Assembly (NCBI GenBank): GCA_038065415.1
Contig: JBBTRA010000002.1
Span: 13,646-77,645, forward strand
Direction of reading: 5' to 3'
DNA length: 64,000 nucleotides
Origin: Patescibacteria group bacterium
GTDB taxonomy: Bacteria; Patescibacteriota; Minisyncoccia; Phycocordibacterales; PALSA-1337
The stretch's first letter is position 1, and each line of letters opens with the position of its first letter. The notes under the pieces are model-generated. The model was not told the DNA's origin. It ran no database searches and was given only the letters and a program-made list of their open reading frames with translations. Below, one piece after another: positions 56,810 to 64,000 of the stretch. The translations under genes and the position numbers were made by a program.

Positions 56810-57943
56810 ATGAAAGATTCAATTTTAATCGATGCTCGTGAGTTCATCTCGGTTGTCCGAGCCTCCGAGATAACCAAGTACAGCAACGACTATATCGGGC
56901 AACTCTGCCGCGAGGGTAAGATTGCTGCACGCATGGTTGGCCGCACCTGGTTCATCGATCGCGAATCTCTCTCCGTCTACAAAAATTCCGTTGATGCTGC
57001 ATTCGCCGGACAGGGCAAGCAGAAGGAGGCCATCCTGCCAAAGGGGTCGGTCGAGTCGAACATGATCGATGGGCGCGAATACGTCGAAGTCGCCAAGGCG
57101 GCTGAGATGACCAAATACTCCAAGGACTATATCGGGCAACTCTGCCGCGAGGGTAAGATTGCTGCGCGCATGGTTGGCCGCACCTGGCTCATAGACCGTG
57201 AATCTCTTGCCACCTACAAGAGCTCAGTCGACTCCTTCTTTGCTGGTCACGGTAAGCAAAAAGAGCCGGTGCTTCCGCGTGTTGTTGTTGAGTCGAAGAT
57301 GGTCGCTAAGTCGACGGTCATGTTTGTCGAAAAGCAAAAAGAGTCGCTTGCAAGGAACGCATCAGTGACGTACATGCCGGACACCGGCGCGACGTTACCA
57401 GTGTTGCAAAAGAAATATGATGCATCTGTCGCCGTGACACATGTTCCAAATAGTGATCAGCGCATTGTGTATCGTGAATCTAGGAAGTCATCGCCAATGC
57501 GTACTGCATTTACGGTTGTTGCGATTGCGCTCGTTCTCGTCTCTGGCTCAGTAGCTTTTCTTCGCATCTCTAATCGCTCAGGTCAGGGTCATGTTGCAGT
57601 CGAGATGATGGCCCCGAACACAGCCTCTGTTGGCAGTATCATCTATGCGATTGAAGATTTCTTCAGAAGGGTCTTCAACATGGAGTCTCGATCATTAGCA
57701 ACGAATGATGTGGAGAAGCCTCCACCGAACCCTGGAGGGCTCGCCATCGTACCGTCGTCAAATTCGAAAGCACAAGATGAACTTATAAAACAAAAGATAC
57801 GAGGATCGTTCTCGGATGAAGTCCGAGTCGCTCCAGACGAAAGTGGCACCGCGGGGGTGATCACGCCAGTCTTCAAGAAAGCAACGGGAGATAACTTCGT
57901 ATATGTATTGGTCCCCGTCGCAGAGCAAGCAAATAATCAGTGA
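56810..57943 (+). CDS. membrane protein with two tandem excisionase-like HTH domains
   Basis: Two 79-aa repeats (A.E.TKYS.DYIGQLCREGKIAARMVGRTW.IDRESL), linker, one TM (TAFTVVAIALVLVSGSVAFL) and a C-terminal domain. Confidence 0.8.
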   Translation: MKDSILIDAREFISVVRASEITKYSNDYIGQLCREGKIAARMVGRTWFIDRESLSVYKNSVDAAFAGQGKQKEAILPKGSVESNMIDGREYVEVAKAAEMTKYSKDYIGQLCREGKIAARMVGRTWLIDRESLATYKSSVDSFFAGHGKQKEPVLPRVVVESKMVAKSTVMFVEKQKESLARNASVTYMPDTGATLPVLQKKYDASVAVTHVPNSDQRIVYRESRKSSPMRTAFTVVAIALVLVSGSVAFLRISNRSGQGHVAVEMMAPNTASVGSIIYAIEDFFRRVFNMESRSLATNDVEKPPPNPGGLAIVPSSNSKAQDELIKQKIRGSFSDEVRVAPDESGTAGVITPVFKKATGDNFVYVLVPVAEQANNQ

Positions 57944-58059
57944 TCGTACTCAAGTGTCTCGGCTGTTTCGAAGAAGAACCAAGACACATGAGCAGGATTA
58001 CTCATGAGATCGAAGACAGAATTATCAAGGATCGAATTTATATCATAAGCATTATTACC

Positions 58060-58731
58060 ATGAAAGAAATCATTCAGACGCTCAGAATAAGCATGACGAC
58101 GCTACTCATAGTGGCAGTCGCATTCTTCACTCTTGAGCCCGCAGTTAGCAACGCAATCGAAGATCAGTTCACAGTTACGCAAGTGGTCACCGCTGAGATA
58201 TCCTTCCTCACGCCGAGCTCGGATATCGTCATGAGTCCACAGCTCGCGGGTATCACAGGAGGAACTTCCAATGGATCGACCTATGTTCGTGTCCTTACCA
58301 ACAATGCGCTTGGCTATAGCATGACGCTCACATCAAGCTCCTCCTTGGGTATGATCGGCAACACTCAGGGCGGAAATATTCCCGCTTACACGCCAGCAAC
58401 TGGTATCGTTCCAGACTTCAGCTTCTCAGTACCAGTGAACAGGGCTGAGTTTGGGTATACGGTAGAAGCATCGACGACACCAGATCTTGCTCAGGCATTC
58501 TTGGATAACGGTACGACAACCTGCGATACAGGGTCGGCTGATACAGTCGATGCATGCTGGGTTAATGCAAGTACGTCTGCACGTACGATCATCAATCGTA
58601 CCACTGAGACAGCTGCTTCAGGTGCTACGACGACTATCAAATTCCGCGTCACTATCAACTCCAATCCATCTCCAGCAGTTCCTCAGGATACATATGTAGC
58701 AACCACCACTCTTACTGCCACCACGAACTAA
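58060..58731 (+). CDS. secreted WxL/pilin-like beta-rich protein (paralog 1)
   Basis: Signal peptide, TNNALGYSMTL, C-x10-CW, terminal YVATTTLTATTN strand. Confidence 0.6.
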   Translation: MKEIIQTLRISMTTLLIVAVAFFTLEPAVSNAIEDQFTVTQVVTAEISFLTPSSDIVMSPQLAGITGGTSNGSTYVRVLTNNALGYSMTLTSSSSLGMIGNTQGGNIPAYTPATGIVPDFSFSVPVNRAEFGYTVEASTTPDLAQAFLDNGTTTCDTGSADTVDACWVNASTSARTIINRTTETAASGATTTIKFRVTINSNPSPAVPQDTYVATTTLTATTN

Positions 58732-58761
58732 CGAAGCGTCTTTACACTTCACATCACTACC

Positions 58762-59748
58762 ATGACATTACAAACACTCTTCAGAATGATATCCGGTTGT
58801 GCGATTGCGCTGGCCTTGCAGGCCGGCTCGCCAGTTCTTTCCGTTGCGCATGCAGCTCCGTACAGCATCGAGACTCTCCCCGATGCAACTGTCTACAATG
58901 ACTTCGTCGTGGGTCCCGGCAAATACCAGGTAGATGCAAAACCAGGCGAGACCAAGACGGTCAATATGATCGTGACGAACCGTCTCGGCAAAGAGAAGGC
59001 GTTTCAGATCCAGCTCGAGGATTTCGTAGGTTCACGCGATTTGCAGAAGACGGTTGTACTTCTCGACAACGAGCGTGGCCCGTATTCGCTCAAGGATTAT
59101 CTCAGAATTGCCTCGAGTACTTTCGTACTCAACAATGCTGAGAGAGTGACTATACCGGTGACCATCCAGATCCCAACAGATGCTCAGCCCGGTGGTCTTT
59201 ATGGCAGCGTGGTCATCAGTACAGTGACTTCGCCTGCGGAGCAGAGGCCTGCAGGATCAGCAGGTATCAGCCCGATTGTTACTCGCATCGGTTCACTCTT
59301 CTTCATTCGTGTAGCTGGAGAGGTCAAGCAAGATTTGATCCTCAAAGAATTCTCCCTGAAAGGAGATTCGCGCATCGTAGGATCGAGTCCGGTAGATTTC
59401 CAATTGCTCTATGAGAACAACGGCTCCATTCACGAGAATCCATCCGGATCCATCAGGGTCAGGAATATGTTTGGCTCCGAGGTTGCTACTTTGGAAGTCG
59501 AACCGTGGTTCGTCATGCCAGACTCACTTCGTCTCAGGGAGGTTTCTTGGAACTCTCCATTTCTCTTCGGTAGGTATGTCGCAACCGCAGAGATACACAA
59601 GGGGTATGACAATTTGACAGATACGGCTTCGGTCGCATTCTGGGTCATACCTTGGAAGATCATCCTGGCTGTATTCATCGTCATCGTGATCATTGTCGCA
59701 GGGATCAGATTCATCGCATCGAAGATCAACATATCACTCAAGAAGTAA
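58762..59748 (+). CDS. DUF916/DUF3324-like secreted Ig-fold protein with C-terminal TM
   Basis: Signal peptide, PGETKT, IP.DAQPGGLYG, ENNGSIH..P.G, GRY.A, FWVIPW then TM and basic tail. Confidence 0.7.
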   Translation: MTLQTLFRMISGCAIALALQAGSPVLSVAHAAPYSIETLPDATVYNDFVVGPGKYQVDAKPGETKTVNMIVTNRLGKEKAFQIQLEDFVGSRDLQKTVVLLDNERGPYSLKDYLRIASSTFVLNNAERVTIPVTIQIPTDAQPGGLYGSVVISTVTSPAEQRPAGSAGISPIVTRIGSLFFIRVAGEVKQDLILKEFSLKGDSRIVGSSPVDFQLLYENNGSIHENPSGSIRVRNMFGSEVATLEVEPWFVMPDSLRLREVSWNSPFLFGRYVATAEIHKGYDNLTDTASVAFWVIPWKIILAVFIVIVIIVAGIRFIASKINISLKK

Positions 59749-59755
59749 ATCAACC

Positions 59756-60544
59756 ATGCACTTCGCTAGCAAACAACCATCGACCATATCGAAAGCCGCC
59801 TTCCCGGTATTTTTCGCGTTGGTTGTCCTTGCTGCAGTGTACTCGTCTCCGTACGCGGCAGGTCAGACTATGACAAGTGGTTCGTACAAGATACAGAGCG
59901 ACAGCGTCAACTTCGGTGGTGCTCGTTCATCATCAGCAACCTACACGATCGAGGATACTGCTGGCGAGGTTGCTACGGGCATATCGTCGAGCACCAACTA
60001 TCAGGTCAAGGCTGGATATCAGCAAATGCAGGAGACATATATCGCACTAGCTCCAGCTGCGGATGTGGCCATGAGTCCAGCGATCGGCGGTATCACTGGT
60101 GGGATATCGAATGGTTCCACTGGCTTCACCGTGACTACAGACAATCCTGCAGGATACACCGTGACTATCAAGGCGAGCTCCACTCCAGCTATGCAGTCAC
60201 CGTTGGATACAGTTGCAGATCATAGCGCAGGTGCAGCGAATCCAAGTTTCGGATTCACTGTACCGGTGACTGCTTCTGCATTTGCATTCACGCCAGAGGG
60301 AACTGATATAGCGAGCACATTCAAGGATGATGGTGCATCTTGTAATACTGGTTCGGGCGACACCTCCTTCGCATGCTGGGCTGGCCTCTCTACAGCTCCT
60401 CAGACGATCGTAAGCAGGACATCGGCAAATCATCCATCGGGAACTCTTACGACAATCAACTTCCAGGTTCGCTCTGGATCAGAGCATGTGTTGGTGGCGG
60501 GCATCTATGTAGCCACTACGACTATAACCGCATTGCCGTTGTAA
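59756..60544 (+). CDS. secreted WxL/pilin-like protein (paralog 2) with N-terminal extension
   Basis: MSPAIGGITGGISNGST, TDNPAGYTVTI, C-x10-CW, YVATTTITALPL, all shared with 58060..58731. Confidence 0.6.
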   Translation: MHFASKQPSTISKAAFPVFFALVVLAAVYSSPYAAGQTMTSGSYKIQSDSVNFGGARSSSATYTIEDTAGEVATGISSSTNYQVKAGYQQMQETYIALAPAADVAMSPAIGGITGGISNGSTGFTVTTDNPAGYTVTIKASSTPAMQSPLDTVADHSAGAANPSFGFTVPVTASAFAFTPEGTDIASTFKDDGASCNTGSGDTSFACWAGLSTAPQTIVSRTSANHPSGTLTTINFQVRSGSEHVLVAGIYVATTTITALPL

Positions 60545-60549
60545 AACTC

Positions 60550-62127
60550 ATGAAGAAGTACACAGCACAACTCATGCATATCGGACTGGCGCTCTTGGTT
60601 GGAGCATCTTTTGCTTTTGCGGCAGAGAATACATTCCAGGTGCAGCTTGCGGTCATACCAGAGGGGAATACGGCTCCGTCGGTTCCAGCTAACCTTGTGG
60701 CGACTGCAGTTTCATCTTCGCAGATCGATCTTTCATGGGACACATCTACCGATGATGTCGCTGTAGATGGATACAGAATATTCAGGGACGGTATCGTTGT
60801 GGCTTCTACGACTGCTCTCACATACTCGGATATAGGTCTGACTGCATCGACCGCGTATACCTATGAGGTGGAGGCGTTCGACACAGCTCCGCTCTATTCG
60901 GGTCTATCCGCACCTGCGACAGCGACGACGCTTGCTGTTGGAGTTACTCCGCCAGGTCCTGGTGGACAATCAGGAGATGGTCAGCTCACACTGATCTTGA
61001 GCAACATCAATGCCACACCTGCACAACGCTCTGCTGTTGTGAGCTTCTCGACCAATCAGGCGACACAGGCGAAGGTTTACTGGGGTACAACAGCTGAATA
61101 CGAGCTCGGTTCGATCTCGGGCCTTTTCTATGACGTCAACCATGCAGTGACCATAGATAGCCTTGTTCCCGGTACACAGTACTTCTTCAGGGTTGAAGTT
61201 GTGAATTCTATTGGAGCGATGAAGTCAGCCGAAGGTTCATTTGAGACTTTGTCAGTAGTCCAGCAGGAAGTTCTGACTAACGTGACTGGCTTCAAAGCAA
61301 CTCCACGCACATCAGATATCGCTCTTTCATGGAAGAATCCTTCCCAGAGCATTTTCGATAGCGTTCGTATCGTCCGTTCAGATAAATTCTTCCCGAGGGA
61401 TATCTATGACGGACAAGTCGTATACGAGGGGCGCGCTCAGAATCATGTGGATGCGGATGTTCGCATTGGAACGACCTACTACTACACGATATTTGCACGC
61501 GACACAGCTGGCAACTACTCGTCGGGAGCGCTTGCCAAAGCTCGCATCGCTCCGGCAGGCGAGATTGTCATATCGCCAGATTCTACGGATCCGTTCATCG
61601 GCATACCGGTGCTCGAAAATGTTGATCCGGGCATAGCACGCCTAACCCTGCTTGATTTCGATTTCTTCCAGGAAGGGAAGAAGCTCGTCAATATCGGCAA
61701 TCAAATCGGGATCGATGGCTCGAAGGATCTCACTATACGCCTTGAGTATGGCAAAGTTCCAGAGATATTGAAGACTATCGCAATCACTCTGGCTGATCCT
61801 GAGGATCCGACGCAAGTGTTTCCATTCTTGCTCCGCGTGAATCAGGACAAGACTGCGTACGAGGCTACCATCGCTCCACTCGGTAAGCGTGGCAAGTACA
61901 AAATGAACATCGTCATCCTCGACTACAAGAATCAAGGATTGAGGAGGTTGGACGGCAATCTGAGAGCGTTCGTCTTTGGTTCGATTCCGGGCCTTGTAGG
62001 AGCCAGGGGAGGTGTGTCATACCGCGTGGTTGATCTTTTCTTCTTGCTTGTGGCATTGATCATGATCCTGCTCGCTATTGCATATCGCAGGCACAAGAAA
62101 ACAACTCAAGAAACATATGGAGTATAA
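60550..62127 (+). CDS. fibronectin type III domain surface protein with C-terminal TM
   Basis: APSVPANL, IDLSW, GYRIFRDG, LTASTAYTYEVEAFD; two further FN3-like units; TM then RRHKK. Confidence 0.85.
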   Translation: MKKYTAQLMHIGLALLVGASFAFAAENTFQVQLAVIPEGNTAPSVPANLVATAVSSSQIDLSWDTSTDDVAVDGYRIFRDGIVVASTTALTYSDIGLTASTAYTYEVEAFDTAPLYSGLSAPATATTLAVGVTPPGPGGQSGDGQLTLILSNINATPAQRSAVVSFSTNQATQAKVYWGTTAEYELGSISGLFYDVNHAVTIDSLVPGTQYFFRVEVVNSIGAMKSAEGSFETLSVVQQEVLTNVTGFKATPRTSDIALSWKNPSQSIFDSVRIVRSDKFFPRDIYDGQVVYEGRAQNHVDADVRIGTTYYYTIFARDTAGNYSSGALAKARIAPAGEIVISPDSTDPFIGIPVLENVDPGIARLTLLDFDFFQEGKKLVNIGNQIGIDGSKDLTIRLEYGKVPEILKTIAITLADPEDPTQVFPFLLRVNQDKTAYEATIAPLGKRGKYKMNIVILDYKNQGLRRLDGNLRAFVFGSIPGLVGARGGVSYRVVDLFFLLVALIMILLAIAYRRHKKTTQETYGV

Positions 62128-64000
62128 GAACATATACAAGAGAATAGTCTACATGGTTGCCGTCTTCGCGGTGGCTTTGACGGTTGTCTCTGCATATGTG
62201 TTTGTGGCACACGCTGCGATCAATCGTGAGATCAACTATCAGGGTAAGTTGACCAATGCATCCAATGTCGCTGTCGCCGATGGTCTCTACACGATGTCCT
62301 TCAGCCTCTACACAGTCCCTACGGCTGGATCGGCGATCTGGACTGAGCTCCTGAATGGTGCAAATGAGGTTCAGGTCACCAATGGTCTCTTTAGTGTCAT
62401 GCTCGGTTCGACGACACCATTCACTGGCGTGGACTTCAATCAGGAGTTGTACCTCGGTGTCACGATCGAAGGTGACAGCGAGATGACTCCGCGCAAGATC
62501 CTCGGCACAGTACCAGCTGCATTTGTTGCAGATACGCTCGACAATCTTTCGAGCGAACAGTTTCTTCGTTCCGATGCACAGAATTCCACTTCGACAGCAT
62601 CTACCTTCTTGACCATTATCCAGAACGGAGCAGGTAAGATCGCAGAATTCTTTGGCGCTGCATCCAATAGTGTGTTCTCTCTGCTTTCGAATGGAAATGT
62701 GGGCATCGGCACCACCACTCCATATGCAAAGCTTTCGGTTGCAGGTCAGGTAGTAGCTGAGAATTTTGTGGGAACATCGACGGCTACATCAACCTTTGGT
62801 GGAAATCTTGCTCTACGAGGAGGATTTGAGGTTCGGTATGAGGATGCTACAGAAACTCTTTTCATAGACAAACCATCGTCTGCATTTGAACACATACGAG
62901 TAAGAGATCTCACTGCCACCGACGCACTCTCTTCTTTGACCCAGGTATATACACCGCGCGTTGATGCTACTACTGATCTTTTGCTTAAGGCAAATACTGA
63001 TTTGGGTGAGGATACTACCGTTACAATTGATTCGACTTTCGGATATTTTACGGGGAGAGTAGGCATCGGCACCACCACTCCATATGCAAAGCTTTCGGTT
63101 GCAGGTCAGGTAGTCGGAGAGTACTTCACTGCAACTTCAACCACTGCTTCTAGATTCCCATACGCTTCAACTACAGCTCTCACAGTCTCAGGTACCAATG
63201 GTCTCCAGCTTGCTTCAGGTCTCAACGGATCTCTTCAGGCGATCAACGGTCTTGTGTCAGCTACCTCAACTCTCTCTACTGCATTTGGTGGTACGGGTAT
63301 CTCTACGAAGCCTGCGTATGGGGAGCTTCTCTTGGGTCAAGCAAATGGAACATATGCGCTGACATCCACAACATCTTTGAACATTGCTGCAAACAGTCTT
63401 GTTGGGACGCTTGGTGTTTCGCAGGGCGGCACGGGGTCTTCGTCATTCGGACAGGGTTGGATATATTCGAATGGTGGAACCAATGCGCTCAATTCCTCCT
63501 CATCTCCAACGGTGAACTATGTTATTGCTACGAGCACCACGAAGAAGAGTATATTTGTAGGAGGTATAGATTCACGCAATACCTCGACCTTCTATAGTCC
63601 GATTGATGCTGCTACGCTCACGGTGAATAGCTACTCGAGTGTTTCGTTGACATCGTCTGATGGAATCATCAACATTGGTGATGAGAGTGTCAATCAGGAG
63701 ATGCGCTTTGTTACAACCTCGGCGGGTACAATAGGTGCTGCAATTAGCACTACAGATTCATATTTTGCACAATATGGCGGCAATGTCAGGGTAGGACCAG
63801 TATCTCCACTCACTGATTATGGGTCACGCCTCTTTGTGACCAGTGAGAATCTCTCAGACGCATGGATCAATCTCAAGCAAACCTCCGGTGATAGTCAGCT
63901 TGTCATCGGAGCTATGACCAATCCACGCGATGTGAATGGGTTGGCGGCTCCATATTTGCAGTCATATAATGATGGGTCTGCGTACGCGCTTATTTTGAAT
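62117..64000 (+). CDS. large secreted S/T-rich fibre/adhesin-like protein; 3' end runs off the window
   Basis: Not in the ORF track. Manual translation: MEYKNIYK...AHAAINREINYQGKLTN...IWTE...NGLFSVMLGS...GNVGIGTTTPYAKLSVAGQVV (twice), ATST/ASTT and GGTG motifs. Confidence 0.85.
   Translation, partial: MEYKNIYKRIVYMVAVFAVALTVVSAYVFVAHAAINREINYQGKLTNASNVAVADGLYTMSFSLYTVPTAGSAIWTELLNGANEVQVTNGLFSVMLGSTTPFTGVDFNQELYLGVTIEGDSEMTPRKILGTVPAAFVADTLDNLSSEQFLRSDAQNSTSTASTFLTIIQNGAGKIAEFFGAASNSVFSLLSNGNVGIGTTTPYAKLSVAGQVVAENFVGTSTATSTFGGNLALRGGFEVRYEDATETLFIDKPSSAFEHIRVRDLTATDALSSLTQVYTPRVDATTDLLLKANTDLGEDTTVTIDSTFGYFTGRVGIGTTTPYAKLSVAGQVVGEYFTATSTTASRFPYASTTALTVSGTNGLQLASGLNGSLQAINGLVSATSTLSTAFGGTGISTKPAYGELLLGQANGTYALTSTTSLNIAANSLVGTLGVSQGGTGSSSFGQGWIYSNGGTNALNSSSSPTVNYVIATSTTKKSIFVGGIDSRNTSTFYSPIDAATLTVNSYSSVSLTSSDGIINIGDESVNQEMRFVTTSAGTIGAAISTTDSYFAQYGGNVRVGPVSPLTDYGSRLFVTSENLSDAWINLKQTSGDSQLVIGAMTNPRDVNGLAAPYLQSYNDGSAYALILN
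62702..63114 (+). repeat. two identical 53-bp direct repeats, 360 bp apart
   Basis: GGCATCGGCACCACCACTCCATATGCAAAGCTTTCGGTTGCAGGTCAGGTAGT at 62702-62754 and 63062-63114. Confidence 0.95.

Noticed and set aside
62702-63114. Repeats as a CRISPR array or DGR template/variable pair
   Set aside because: Only two copies, in frame within a CDS and 100% identical (no adenine-specific mismatches). No cas or reverse transcriptase gene in the window.
1-64000. Alternative genetic code (TGA as Gly/Trp), tRNA or rRNA genes
   Set aside because: Many genes end at TGA with ATGA coupling and conserved genes are intact under code 11. No cloverleaf or rRNA-like sequence recognised in the intergenic gaps.

Overview
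A 64-kb bacterial chromosome segment in genetic code 11. Gene content and style suggest a Patescibacteria/CPR (Parcubacteria-like) genome; this is an inference from the stand-alone VirD4/TraD-like ATPase, the S/T-rich GIGTT-repeat fibre-like protein, tight packing and near-leaderless starts. Layout: (1) 1-7.3 kb: NlpC/P60-like protein plus ATP-grasp ligase, rsmI, a DUF4015-type hydrolase and a coupling-protein-like ATPase. (2) About 7.3-47 kb: a large surface-glycan region in two convergent arms, with many glycosyltransferases, a GtrABC-like trio, two short UDP-glucose dehydrogenases, rmlB/fdtA/fdtB-like genes, seven SAM methyltransferases, DUF362 plus a glutaminase-less AsnB-like ligase, wzm/wzt and a WaaL/OTase-TPR protein. 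(3) 47.7-56.1 kb: housekeeping genes (murB, secA, Nudix, AI-2E, obg, gatB). (4) 56.2-64 kb: a BldC/MerR-like HTH gene divergent from an operon encoding a membrane-anchored tandem-HTH protein, two paralogous WxL/pilin-like secreted proteins, a DUF916-like protein, an FN3 membrane protein and a large fibre-like protein cut by the window end. The most unusual signals are the candidate surface-fibre system with its Xis/BldC-like regulators and phased direct repeats, a predicted ~70-nt sRNA complementary to both halves of the loop of a long hairpin in the murB leader, a ~125-bp non-coding element present twice 38 kb apart, and identical 53-bp repeats bracketing an in-frame 360-bp module in the fibre gene. 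No rRNA, tRNA, CRISPR array, transposase or integrase was recognised. All family calls come from motifs read by eye; no searches were run.
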